Notes under the pieces: generated by a model
The model's input: the letters and a program-made list of their open reading frames with translations, nothing else
Databases searched by the model: none
Told to the model about the DNA's origin: nothing
Origin: Chara braunii
Lineage: Eukaryota; Plantae; Charophyceae
Length of the DNA stretch: 55,980 bases
Assembly: GCA_003427395.1 (NCBI GenBank)
Contig: BFEA01000017.1
Location: 5,718,181 to 5,774,160, forward strand
Direction: 5' to 3'
Shown here: one piece after another, positions 21,641 to 34,675 of the stretch
How the letters are laid out: each line of letters begins with the position of its first letter
Position numbering within the stretch: position 1 is the stretch's first letter
Position numbers and translations under genes: made by a program

Positions 21641-24600
21641 ACACCTTGATCACACATCTAAAGTATTCCCATCCCTCCTCTTCTTTGGTTTTCTCCAATA
21701 TCAAATTAGTTTCGTAACTTGACTCAAACCTTCTCATTCTATCCTTAGCACGCCTCAGGGATGCAGCAGACTCATGATCATAACTGGTGAACCGAAACTG
21801 TCATCCACCATCCTGATACCATTAAACATCTGCATCTCTTCCCCCAAGCTCTCAAGAAAGCAAACTCATTAAAAACACGCAACAGGCACACCAGTTCAGG
21901 CTGGACGGTTTGCCCATCGATATGTCAACCTTCTGCCTCATAACAACACCCATAGACGACACATACATTTTAGTTTAATCAAAAGATAGGAAACTAAGCA
22001 ACTTTGAAAACTTCAGGTGTCCCTATCCTCCTTGGGTTTTGCTGCGTAAACGCCGTAAAGACAACACAACACATTTTCCCTTCTTCTTATAAAAGACTTT
22101 AGAAAACCCTCGATCCTCATCAGTCGCAACCACTCACTCGATAGTCTTGAGAATCGAAGAATGGAGCAAGGCAGAAAACATTTACTTTAACGTCAAAACT
22201 CCCAGCCAGCACTTCTCCCGCATTCAAAATTTCCAGGTTGATCATCTCGATTCGCTTCCTTTATTCTTTAGTAGATCTTAGATTAAAATGATCCTTCAGT
22301 GGGAGAGACCAGAGAAGGCAATTTACAACCATACTAATGACACAGCAAGCAGTTGTGGTTGGATCATAAAGAGAGGGATATATAGGGCACGATCTGGTGA
22401 CGTCCTTATGTTGGAAATGGAGTATGTCCGTCCCGGACTTCCTCTATTGTTAAACCTAGAAACACTCTTGAATTCTCCCTCCGCATATCGACACACCATC
22501 TTCTCTATCACTTTCCACCTCGCCCATTACTTCCCTATTGAATCCATTAATATGAACAAACAGCTTCTCCATTCCTAACTTACGATACACTTGACAGCAT
22601 ACCAGAGTACCCTAATGGTGTGGTCGATTGGACATATCACATATCCCCTCCAATTTTCGCTTCCATCCTTTAACACAGGCTCGATCGGAGTCAAAAATAT
22701 TGGAAGATAAACATCTATTACTAGAAGTCCCACATTTCATGATACTTGAGTCTGGAATGTGAAAAAAACGAGTATGGGTTTGAACATCGTTTAGACACGC
22801 AACGATAGCCCTCCTTATAGCCTGGGATTTGAGATGAAGATTTGGAGAAGGAATGTTCTTTGAATTCTTCAAAATAGACAGGAGATCCGAAAAGTTGCTC
22901 AGTTGGAAGGCTACATGTTGTTGATCATTTTTAGGAAAGGAAGGGGATTCACAAATACACTTAAGATCAAATTTGTTAACGAAAGATATAAAGTTAAACA
23001 GAATCTCCCTTATTATTTCTTATTCCTAGTACATACTACCCAAACCTTACAACAGATCACATCATGAATAGGTTTTTTGGCAGAGAATGATCTCACAGTT
23101 TCAACACAAAGTTTTCACATTGTGCTCTTCGAGACGTTGACATCATAGGCTAATCTTGTAACTAGCTTAATCTGTATTCTCATCTGAAACTTGTTCTTAA
23201 TAGCCCTTCTTACTGTCCCTCTGAGCGCCGACCTAAGGGTCATTGCTTCGACAACAACTCTCTCAGAAATGCCTTGAGTTGAGCAAACGCGAACAGACCC
23301 TAGAAATTTTGTCCACTTGTACCGCAGTATTCATAATGAACCACTCCCGGCAGTTCTTAAGAATGTTCACGCCTACCTTCGACCCAATCACCGTGGCATA
23401 CAATCTACGTACGAGCTTCCATTTATAACAAAGGGTCATTGGCTTTGACAACAACTCTCTCAGAAATGCCTTGAGTTGAGCAAACGCGAACAGACCCTAG
23501 AAATCTTGTCCACTTGTACCGCATTATTCATAATGAACCACTCCCGATAGTTCTTAAGAATGTTCACGCCTACCTTCGACCTAATCACTGTGGCATACAA
23601 TCTACATACGACCTTCCATTTATCACAAAAGTCTTGGCCCCCATGACAAGTGTTCGCAATACTCGATACCTTATTATGAAAAGCATGATCCAGAATGAAA
23701 ATTAGACTAACAGAGGAGAAATTGAGAGATAAAGTAAAAAGGATAATAGAGCATTTCTAAGGGCGCTCATGATCTGAAGTAACAGACAGCTTGGAACGTA
23801 GCTTTCTCTTTCTTCATTCGAGCTTACCTGGTCGACATAATTGACACCTCCTTTGAGAAGATGGGTGTGAGTTCAAGAAGGGGGAGTCTAATAAAAAAAA
23901 GACAGCAAGTCAAAAGTAGAGGCAAAAGCCAATGGGATAGGGACATGTTTGTGCCAGGAGATATAAGTCATCTATACAACCTATGGTTCCTGATTTTCAC
24001 AATCAGACCTTCCTTCGTTCTCTGTAGATGCTCTTTTCATCTAACATCCAAGGATCTTATAGTACACCTAATATACATGTGATTGCACCGAGACACGCGC
24101 ATAGATAATAGGACGAGGCCACCTACAAAAAGTGAAACAATAAGAAGCGAAAGTAACTAAATTTGGAATAAAATTATCCAACCAATGAATTTGACAATTA
24201 ATAATAAGTTGAATGGCACCAAATCTATAAATAATCCCCTGCTTATCTTTATTCCAAAAAAATCCCTCTTTCCTCAAGTCGCGACATTTGCGAGCGAACT
24301 CATGAATATAATAAATGTTTGGAAGGGAACCCTAGCTACCTTCAATGGCATCTTCCCCTTCCTCGTTACTCTTCACCTGTGGCAATGTCGATGGAGTCAT
24401 ATTCTTCTTCTTCTGGTTCGTTGGCATGTTGTGCACCCAAGACCCTCGAGTGCCTTGAGGGAAAGGCATATCCCGTATATCTATCGGCAAGATCAGACAC
24501 TGAATCTTTGATAGTTATGTATCTCAACACTTCTTCTTCATTACATAATACCTCGATCTCGTTCTTACATAGTTTGCTCAACTCAACAAACACCCTCTTT

Positions 24601-26566
24601 GTAAAGGTCGCCTGATCTATTCTCTTCTCAAACCTTATTTGTGGCTGGTTACTTTCCGCTTCTCCACCCCCAGGAGGATTGGACGCCTGTTCATAGAGTT
24701 TGTTCCTCAAGTTGTTCAACTGCACACCCCTTGCCACAAATCGTTTCCTCATAACGGGTGGCAATATGTGAATCTTGATTCAAATGATTCTTTTTTAACG
24801 CGACGACCTCTCTCATCATATAATCCTTTTCATCACGAACTCGTCTATAGGCTTTGGCCATCTTGGTCAACTGCACACTCCTTGCCACAAATCTTTTCCT
24901 CATAATGGGTGGCAATGTGTGAATCTTGATTCAATTGATTCTCTTTTAACGCGGCGACCTCTCTTGCCGTATAATCCTTTTCATCACGAACTCGTCTATA
25001 GGCTTTGGCCATCTTGGCAAAGTCATCTGGCTTCAACTCTTGCTCGCGGCAGCGGCGACACTTGGCTTTTCCTCTTGGAGACTCCATCATTGGGCTCTTC
25101 GCAGTTACCACCTCCGCACCTCTTTTGTTGTTGTTGACCCTCATACAATTCACTTCTTCCCTTAATGCAATAATAACATTTTGGTAGAGTGCTTTGTTCT
25201 CCTGCTTGAGATTGTATATCTCCTTATTGGTTAGGCTGATATTCATTGCGAGTAACATATCGTCATTCTCCCTGCTTAATCTTTCTGCCTCGTTCTCTCT
25301 ACTGCATTGTCCCACCTCTTGAGTTCTCCTCGCCACTTCACCTTGTTGTCGAAGTTCGTTATTAGTATTGGCACGAAATCATCTTTCCAGGGATCTATTC
25401 GCATACTTTTGCCATAGATCCTTCAATAAGTTTCCCCAAACTAGCCTAAAAGTTGTTCCTCTCATGTTGCTCTTTCAATCTCCTTTCCTCTTTCTCTACT
25501 ACGTTTCTCCTCTCCACCCCATCTCGTTGTAACCTCTCCTTTTCCTCCTGAGTCTGATCCTCCTCCATCCTTAGTCACAAAGCTTCACATCTTTCCGAAT
25601 TTCTCCTCCTCCTCCCAATACCCGCCTTGTCATGGTCAGCAATATAGGTTGATACCCGGTTTGATACCCGCTCTGATAGGAACCCTGGTGCCCGCCTTCT
25701 ATCGCGGCCGGCGGTCTGACTGGTGCTGAAATATTAAGTGTTGCTAGCAGCGGAGCATTATCGGATGACAAGGCAAAGCTTCTATTGAAGTCGTTGCTAC
25801 TACGTCCTTGTCCTCCGGTGACTCATTTGCACCAGGCAATCTCTGATGAAGTGTCCGGGTTGCTAACAATAATGGCATAGCCTCAGCGGCTTCAAAAATA
25901 GGTAACAACGAAGAAAGACGGTCAAGGTAATTGCAGAAAGAAAATAACAATGAGAAGATAAGCAAGAAGAAAGAAGGAAGAAGAAGGAAGAAAGAAAATA
26001 AGAAGGAAGGTAAGAAGTACTTACTGGATTGAACAGGTAATGAGCACAGCCACACGGTCGTAGTACTATTGCTACGCCGGTTATTGTGTGCATGCAAGTC
26101 AAGATTCATATACATGTGCTATGACGCACACCAACACACCGTGAGATAACACACGACATGAAAGATAAATAGACACATCTGAGCGCAGTGGCGCGTGTAA
26201 GATCATCATTGAGAAAGCGCATAAGTTCTGGCAATAGACCCGACCAGTTTCTACTAGTCGCCAGTCTGGCGTCATCTAGGGTCAACCTGGCAGGGAAGGC
26301 GATGAGTACGACGACGCCAACAAATGTATATATACACTTCAAGCCACTAGTACCTACAAGAATGCTATAGACGGTCCAAGAATCACAGTACGCCGGCCGG
26401 TCAGGCCTATTCTAGAAAGTCCCAAACCGTGGAGTTTGTGAACGCGACGCTTTGATCCAAAAGAGACTCCAATTCGCCAGAACAGGCTCAACTCTGTAAA
26501 CGTCAGCGGGCGGTGTATCTCGGGAAAAAAAAAAAAACTAAAGGCCCATAACACAACGCTTCATCG

Positions 26567-26568
26567 CG

Positions 26569-26607
<39 letters not shown>

Positions 26608-27864
26608 TAACTTCGTATACGGGAAACCTACTTAACGAGGTGATAAGAGCATCCCCGATAAGTAGGCACCCGATGTCGAAGGCTCCATCTACTGGTGGGG
26701 AGCTGCACCTGCTGTAAATCAGGTCCAGCGTCCCTGTACAATGATGTGATATGTATCAGCTGGAAATCGGGTCCAGCGTCCCTATACAGTGTTGTGAAGC
26801 TATGTCCTACAGTCCGAAGCTGTCTGTATATGCTCATCAATCCAAATATGATATCGAACCTAATCCTAGCAGTCAGACCACGCACCGAACCCTGCCCCTG
26901 ATGTGGTCTGTGTGCATGATGTGTGTGTCCCTGTACAATTATGTGATGTGTGTCGTTGGAAATCGGGTCCAGCTTCCCTATACAGTGATATGTAGCTATG
27001 ATTCTCCAGTCCAGAATTATCTGTATATGCTCATCAATCCATATATGACCTCGAACCTAATCCTAACAATCAGACCAAACACCAAACCCTACCCCTGACG
27101 TGGTCTGTGTGCATGATGTGTGCATAATATGCATGGTATGCTAGAAATCAGGTCCAGCTGCCCTGTATAATGATGTAGTGTGTGTCAGCCGGAAATCAGG
27201 TCTAGCGTCCCTATACAGTGTCGTGTAGCGATACTCTGCATTCCGGTACGGTCAGTAAATGCTCATCAATCCATATATGTCACAAAAAGGAGGACCCTAT
27301 TCCCTAATCAGCCGTATCTCCCCAGGCAAACGAAGGCAGCAAGCCTCCTCCCAGCAATCAAACCGATCACCAAACCCTACCCCTGATGTGGTCTATATTC
27401 TTGATGTCATAGTGCAGGATATAGTCGTGCCTCACGTACAATCCATTCTGCAGTCAATCACAGCTCAGCCATATATCTCCGAAAAGGGCAGAGGCATTGA
27501 TTACTTCTCTACGTAAGAGAAGGATTGACCTCCTGCCCATGAGGCAGCATCCAACCGAAAGACTATGTAGAAGCGCAGAATCAAGGTATCAACCAACCTT
27601 CAAACCCTAATCACCCTAACTCCACATGGGGTGAAACAGCACCCCTTCATGCACAAGAATTGATGAACCCTAATTCTCGCGAGGGAGGTCAGCTATCCCA
27701 CTCCAACCCGATCAAAACGAAACAAACCATGCAAAAAAAACGGGTAGGGGGGAGGGGAAATAGTAATAACTCTCACCTTCACTCCCTCACCCCACCTTGC
27801 CATCCCAAACAATCCGCCAATCCTCCTCCACAGCAATGATGCGGGCGTTGTACTTATCTTTAAG

Positions 27865-27905
<41 letters not shown>

Positions 27906-28006
27906 CTCGGTGTTGTTGTTGTTGTTCTCGGTGTTGTTGTTGTTGTTCTTGGTGTTGTTGTTGTTGTTCTCGGTGTTGTTGTTGTTGTTCTCGGTGTTGT
28001 TCTCGG

Positions 28007-28082
<76 letters not shown>

Positions 28083-28288
28083 GATGTCATTACTGTGGTC
28101 ACTTCAGATGCTTCTGTTTCTTCGGTTGTCATCATCACAGCTGTCGCAGTTGCCATCATCCCCAGTTCCACGTCCCTCTCGCCTACCTCGCCTGCCTCAT
28201 CAAGCTGATGAGGGTGAGAGTCTTTGTCAAAGTCGGTCGCCACGTCCCTCTCACCTGCCTCGCCTGCCTCATCAAGCTGATGAGGGTG
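26567..28288 (-). mobile_element. Retroposed LINE 3'-UTR-type insertion with (CAA)n tail, nested in the PLE pseudo-LTR
   Basis: 7-bp TSD TTCATCG (26560-26566 and 28289-28295), uninterrupted site at ~20812; full 3' cassette at 26627-26734; ~200-bp internal tandem units; second (TTG)n tract at 27863-28083. Confidence 0.8.
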
Positions 28289-28519
28289 TTCATCGTACCC
28301 ATCCGATCAAACACTTGAGTGACTTAACCCAATCATCCCGCATATTATTAAACCTAGCAGAAAAAATCCCAGGAGACTTGTTGAAAAATACATCCTGAAA
28401 ACCTCTCACTTGCAATTCCATTTTCAGCCTAAACAAAAAACACAAATGTATTGTTGACCAATGCACACCAACAGAAAAAAACAAAAAACACAAATCCTAA
28501 CAGACTTTCATGGGGTCTA

Positions 28520-29180
28520 AGTCAGGTAAGGGAGCACCAAACACATGTATCATTGGCCAATGCACAAGAACCGTTTAAGTGAAAATATGGGGTGTGATCC
28601 TCAGCATCTAAAACAAAGGGTACAGAACCTCCTGGCCTTCAACGTCAAGAAGAAAACGATGGTTATCTCGTAGCCATGGTGTTGGTGGAGGAGATGGATC
28701 TTCAAAGTCAAGAGGAGAAGGACAGTTATCTCTAAGCTGTGGTGTCACTGGTCAAGAAGGGTATGGGGATTGACACGGACATCCAGCAACACATCGTTCA
28801 ACTTGTACCTTTAAGACCCTTTCTGAGCTTCTTCTCCAGGCACCAGCGGTCCCACCGCCGACACCATGTAGAAGGAACTAAAATGGAGCTGGTTGGAGGG
28901 TTAGACTAGGGAGGAGAGAAAAATGAGAATTGATACTTCTTGGCCTCCATTAGCCTGGGAAATGGCCCAGCTTTCCAGCAGGCGGCTGAAGAGCATGAGA
29001 TATGGCCCAGCTTCTCGGACACAGTTTCATCAATCTTGTCATTTCAGGGACGCTGGACCCGATTTGCAGCAGGTGCTGCTCCCCACCAATAGATTGGAGC
29101 ACCAGCAGTAGGCCTACTAGGGGGAGCTGCTCATACCAGTCGCCCAAGTACACTGAGGCTGGATTTAAAAAAAAAGAAAG
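28520..29180 (+). mobile_element. LINE 3' fragment
   Basis: 3' cassette at 29047-29150 followed by an A tail; the 5' boundary is approximate. Confidence 0.6.
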
Positions 29181-29283
29181 AGGGTGAGGGTTGGATGTGT
29201 AACCCCAGGAAAAAAAACACTGTAGAGAAAAAGGCCATGTCTCAAAAGTACGGTATTTGATACCTTAGCTCAATGGACTGTAC

Positions 29284-29378
29284 CTCTTGTTCATTAGCAG
29301 GAACTCAATGGCTCCTCGGTAGTCACCAGCTTCTTTGCAGAACTTAGTGACCATGGCAGCTCCTTCAACTGACCTAGC
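29284..29378 (-). CDS. IFT144: WDR19/IFT144 (IFT-A subunit) internal exon, most 5' exon found
   Basis: Encodes ARSVEGAAMVTKFCKEAGDYRGAIEFLLMNK(R), resembling the WDR19 segment 'SLDGAKMVARFF..GDYGSAIQFLVMSK'. Acceptor tgcag, donor gtacag; ends in phase 2, matching the next exon. The preceding exon was not located (N-gap or outside the window). Confidence 0.85.
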
Positions 29379-29642
29379 CTGCATCACACCACCATCTGTC
29401 ATATAGTGACTTTTCTTTTCTTTTCTTTCAATACATGAAACAGGACCTATGGGCCTGGTTCCATATCCATTCAGGGAGTGTCCCTCCAGTTCTTTTTGTA
29501 TAAATGATACAACATATGACACACTCACGCTTCCTTCTTTCGAGACCCAAGGATCCCTGAACAACATTGATTACTCCATCTCTTCTCGACAATTGGCTGT
29601 CAGTTAGCCAGTCCTTCTTAAATTCTTGCCGATCTCCGACTA

Positions 29643-30100
29643 CCGTCTTCACCCGAATAGAACGGTCACTGTCGCTGCATCTGGACCGAAAGTTGTGCCA
29701 AATACAGCTATAATGACCGAGTGTTCTATTTGGGTGAAGACGGTAGCCGAGGCTATCAGATTGGCTTCAAACCAGGACTCTCAGAAGTTCTGGTCGCAAT
29801 CAGGTTCCCTCTGCTGTTTGCCCATGCTGTTGCCATGGGAAATGTCTGAGTTGTGCCTTCTTCCCATTTTAGTTGCAGTCCCTCAACTAGTGCGATTTTG
29901 CATCTATTTGTTTTCTTCTTTTTCTTTCTTTTTTTTTCAATAGCTTGCTGCTCACTCCTACTGTCTTCACCCGAGTAGAACCCCCAGTCATTATCGCTGT
30001 ATCTAGACCGAAACTTACACCAGCTTCAGCTATGATGACCGGACGTTCTATTCGGGTGAAACTCAGCGATAATGACTGGCGGTTCTATTCGGGTGAAGAC
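29643..30100. mobile_element. Two more Tc1/pogo-like MITE copies (29643-29743 and ~29961-30100)
   Basis: TA|CCGTCTTCACCCGAATAGAACG...GGGTGAAGACGG|TA; the second copy has a duplicated right end. Confidence 0.75.
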
Positions 30101-31789
30101 TACCGGGGGGGTGATACGAGAGGGCCCCACTCGTAGATGCCTGAGTTATGATATGGTTATCGAGCTTCTGTTATGGCAGGTACTACATTGAGAGTTTAAG
30201 CCTCTTGAAGTATCATGAAATTGAGAGTCTCAACCCTGATGGGCAGCATCGTTTTTNNNNNNNNNNNNNNNNNNNNNNNNNNNNNNNNNNNNNNNNNNNN
30301 NNNNNNNNNNNNNNNNNNNNNNNNNNNNNNNNNNNNNNNNNNNNNNNNNNNNNNNNNNNNNNNNNNNNNNNNNNNNNNNNNNNNNNNNNNNNNNNNNNNN
30401 NNNNNNNNNNNNNNNNNNNNNNNNNNNNNNNNNNNNNNNNNNNNNNNNNNNNNNNNNNNNNNNNNNNNNNNNNNNNNNNNNNNNNNNNNNNNNNNNNNNN
30501 NNNNNNNNNNNNNNNNNNNNNNNNNNNNNNNNNNNNNNNNNNNNNNNNNNNNNNNNNNNNNNNNNNNNNNNNNNNNNNNNNNNNNNNNNNNNNNNNNNNN
30601 NNNNNNNNNNNNNNNNNNNNNNNNNNNNNNNNNNNNNNNNNNNNNNNNNNNNNNNNNNNNNNNNNNNNNNNNNNNNNNNNNNNNNNNNNNNNNNNNNNNN
30701 NNNNNNNNNNNNNNNNNNNNNNNNNNNNNNNNNNNNNNNNNNNNNNNNNNNNNNNNNNNNNNNNNNNNNNNNNNNNNNNNNNNNNNNNNNNNNNNNNNNN
30801 NNNNNNNNNNNNNNNNNNNNNNNNNNNNNNNNNNNNNNNNNNNNNNNNNNNNNNNNNNNNNNNNNNNNNNNNNNNNNNNNNNNNNNNNNNNNNNNNNNNN
30901 NNNNNNNNNNNNNNNNNNNNNNNNNNNNNNNNNNNNNNNNNNNNNNNNNNNNNNNNNNNNNNNNNNNNNNNNNNNNNNNNNNNNNNNNNNNNNNNNNNNN
31001 NNNNNNNNNNNNNNNNNNNNNNNNNNNNNNNNNNNNNNNNNNNNNNNNNNNNNNNNNNNNNNNNNNNNNNNNNNNNNNNNNNNNNNNNNNNNNNNNNNNN
31101 NNNNNNNNNNNNNNNNNNNNNNNNNNNNNNNNNNNNNNNNNNNNNNNNNNNNNNNNNNNNNNNNNNNNNNNNNNNNGTCTAACACCGCATGCCACCTTCT
31201 GCTTGTTGTCGAACCACTCTACCTTAGGATGACCACACCCATGTTACTGGAGCATAGCCATTATCACAAAGTATACAACCTCAAGTCTGCACCTTGCCAG
31301 ATAGTGGCATAACCTCCCTATCGAAAATCTACACCTTCTCAACCTGGAGATGCAAGGTTGAGTTCAGAAAGACTCACCCATCACGGACACTATCCGGATA
31401 CGTGACGAACACATCGACCATAAGCTCTCCAGCTCTACGACTGAATACCACTCCTTTCAGTCCAATAAGTTCTCTGAAGGTGTGTTTGCAAGCTTGTATA
31501 CATAGTTGTTGGTGTAGTCGATAGCACCCATTGCAAGCAATTAGGAAAATCCCTTATCAGCAAACGTTTCGTGACTTGCAGCCTACTTGCAGCCTCCTGC
31601 GCCCAGTTGGAAAGGCTATCTTCATGTCTCTCACAGCATACACCGCCCTAGACTGGCCAACCGAGCTATCTTTTGAAAGCAGCCGAACAGCTTTCATATG
31701 TCTCTCTTGTCAACCACCCGTAACATACGATCGGATTGCAAAGGGTGGCAGTAGTGCATCACCTGCTTTTCCAGGTACAGGGGCGTGGC

Positions 31790-32755
31790 TGTGACGAACT
31801 GTTTTCTGCAACCGCGCGACTTTCTGCGCAAGGCTACTTCGGGGGTTGAATCGGGATGACCCGTTGGATTGCATGGATGCCCTTGCTTTTCTCGTTTTTG
31901 GAATTGAGGTTGGCATGGTCCCACGGCGGTTGATAGTGATCGCGCCTTAGCGAGCGCGGAAGATAACTGTTGCCATAGCTTCTTTCTTGTTCTGCTGTGG
32001 GAAATGGGAATTTTGGCGTGATCGTCGCGCGGGAAAATCTTTTTGAATTTTCAACTGATGTCGAGTCCCCGCGGGCTCTCGGAATTTTCTTCTCTCGAAA
32101 TTTCTTTTTGCAGTTAAGACTTAGACTAGGAATTTAGGTGCGTCGTGATTCTGTCGACAACTGCCCGGCGCTTCTTGCTTGTGCGCGCTTTGCCGCGTCA
32201 GGGCCTGTGCTCTGGCCTCCCCGCGCCTTAATCTTGCATGTAACCGTAATTCTCTTCTTGGCAAGCGCAAATGTAACAGTAATCTTCTCTTTCTTGATAT
32301 CTTCGGCGCACCTCCCTCTGCGCGCGCATATTCTTCCCAATCCTATTGGCTTAAGCGATGCATGACTGGATCGATGCCTGGAGTGCGGCTACGTCCCCCA
32401 AGCCGCGGCCTGGCCATGCAATCGTAGGCACTTCCTTCCTCCTCCTTCCTTCCCACTCAGGCACAATCCCGAGTATCTCGCGCAAATGCACATGCTATAA
32501 ATTTTGCAAGCACGATTAACTCCATCTCTATGAATTTTTGGAGTTAGTGCGGTCGAGAGGATCGACTAACGAGCAAGTATCGAAAGGTGAGTAGAGAGTT
32601 GGGCGATCCGATGGGCTGGTGCTGGATATGCGGGGTTGACGTGTGGTCGCGACGGACTATGGCACACGGGCGAACCTGGCTTGCATGTTCCGGCTAAGCG
32701 GGGCAACAACTCTGTGTGGGTGCGTGGCGACAGATTGCCCACATCGGGATGTTGT

Positions 32756-32836
<81 letters not shown>

Positions 32837-32877
32837 NNNNNNNNNNNNNNNNNNNNNNNNNNNNNNNNNNNNNNNNN

Positions 32878-32938
<61 letters not shown>

Positions 32939-34157
32939 GGAGACGGGATGTGTTGTGATGGTGCTTCTCTTCTATTCGTCTGAGTAATTTTGGTATCAAG
33001 CGCAAGTCGCCCTTGTCTTTTTTTGATCCGCATCTCGGATTTTTCCGTTCTTTCTTCCCAGAGAACTGATGTGTGTCTTCCTTGCTTCCCTCCTCTTTCT
33101 GTTTGAATCAGCAATCTAATTGGTTGGTCACCTACAATCGAATTTTGTATGATCCTTGGCCAGTGGCCAAAGAATTGATGCACGAATGATTGTCAACTCC
33201 TTTTTGTTTGTGTTCGAAGTTGGATGCATGGGTGTTTGGTTTTTTTCTGTCTGAGTATGAACTAGATGACCATGCTAGATGATTAGATGCCTGTCTCACG
33301 ATAGGATCACCCACCTTCGGGTTAACGGGCCAAGTGCGCACAGATTGTGAGCTGCTGACCTTTACCCGCCTGGCCGACGGACAGGTCTTGTGCACGCACG
33401 TGTAAGCCCGACCGAAGAAGGTCGTTACTTACACGCGTGTCTGCAAGATCCGTACTCGGCCCAACTCCCCGAATGTCTAAATTTCCGCCCCACCCTACAG
33501 TATGAATATCGAAATCCCCTTTCGTAAAACTGACCGCGAGTGCCTGAGGGATCGTGAATTCCGGGAGTATTGGGAGCACGCGTGCTTATCTACACGATCA
33601 AGGGCGGAACCTCCAGAATTCCCCTACTTAACAGGAAACGAACGTATTTGTGAGTGGGATATTGATCAGGCCTTGGGACGTATCCCCCACCTTCCCGGCT
33701 GCCCTAGCTCATACACGTGTCACGTCGTCGCGGAACCCGGAATCATTATTATGGAAACCGAACTCCCTCCCTATCACCGCGTCCTGCCCTTTCACTCCCT
33801 AACCATCATCTCTTGGCGCGCACTCGCTCCCTACTGGCACCAACCCCCGTGCTCGGAGTGTCTGCAAGACCACAATTACCGAGCATCCGGCTTCGTCCGG
33901 CAAACTTGCTCAGAGGAAGAACGACGGGAGCAAAGCCTGCGGCTGAGGCCGGCCGCGTCGGATTCCGAGACCTGCGGCGTTCAACATTGACAAATGATCA
34001 GCCAGCGAGACAGCCATAGCGTCCCGGCGGTACACCAAATACGAGTCCGACCCAGACGACGGAACCAACGAAGGCGGTAGCTCCGCTATCCGAAGCATAA
34101 AACAGGACTCCGACCCGTGCCTACCCTCTTGCATTCATACCCCTGAAACTTGTCACA
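31790..34157 (+). mobile_element. Probable 3' LTR of an LTR retrotransposon
   Basis: Inverted termini TGTGAC...GTCACA, preceded by a PPT-like AGGGGCGTGGC. No matching TSD; the 5' part may lie in gap 30257-31176. Confidence 0.5.
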
Positions 34158-34224
34158 GGAGATCTCAATTCCAACCTGGGACTCCACCCCCACTTTCCTA
34201 AAATCCTTGCCCACTCTCACTCAG

Positions 34225-34420
34225 ATCAGGAAGCCACGCCGGGCGTGAAGTTGGGCATCACATGGCTGCGACAATGTCCCTGAACATGCCCCTGGACATG
34301 CAAAGCTTCTCTTGGTAGTACATATTGGTCGAATCATCATCCATGCCCGCAAGTCCCCCCATTCCTTCTCCTTGTCCATTACCTCAGCGGCCCCCTTGGC
34401 ATTGAACCAGAAAATATGTG
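34225..34420 (-). pseudogene. Harbinger/PIF transposase N-terminal remnant
   Basis: Frameshifted 'WGDLR../DDSTNMYYQEKLCMSRGMFRDIVAA' resembles the Harbinger-family 'F...RMSR..F..I' motif. Confidence 0.5.
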
Positions 34421-34642
34421 AGGCGACGACAGCAGTGGAGCGCCGTTGTTCAGAAGTATGGCAAGGCCCTCTGAAGGACCTGGCAACTTCAACAAGTTCT
34501 TCAGCATTCGCACTGAGCCTGCTGGTGCTGATGCTGCTCACTTGCCAGCATCTCCAAGTACATCCTCACCCTAAGACAGTTGAGGTCACCAGCTTCGCCT
34601 GCCCTTTCCGTAGCCGCCTTTTGCCATGACCCTCGCCTGCCG

Positions 34643-34675
<33 letters not shown>

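Larger units (their letters stand above)
20395..28470 (-). mobile_element. Degenerate Penelope-like retroelement of Chlamys type (GIY-YIG upstream of RT) with direct pseudo-LTRs
   Basis: Minus strand, with stops and frameshifts: zinc knuckle CHYC*QPGHFIRDC (~25836-25878), coiled-coil ORF (24366-25336), GIY-YIG 'IIYARVS../MYIRCTIRSLDVR*KEH' (~24020-24110), and RT motifs 'GSFDVK.MFSAL' (~22190), 'RQKVDISMGKPSS' and 'GIRMVDD' (~21800). Repeat ~20395-21165 recurs at ~26100-26566 plus 28289-28470. Confidence 0.8.

Noticed and set aside
28168-28288. Duplicated hairpin containing CTGATGAG (hammerhead-like)
   Set aside because: No GAAA core or stem III follows.
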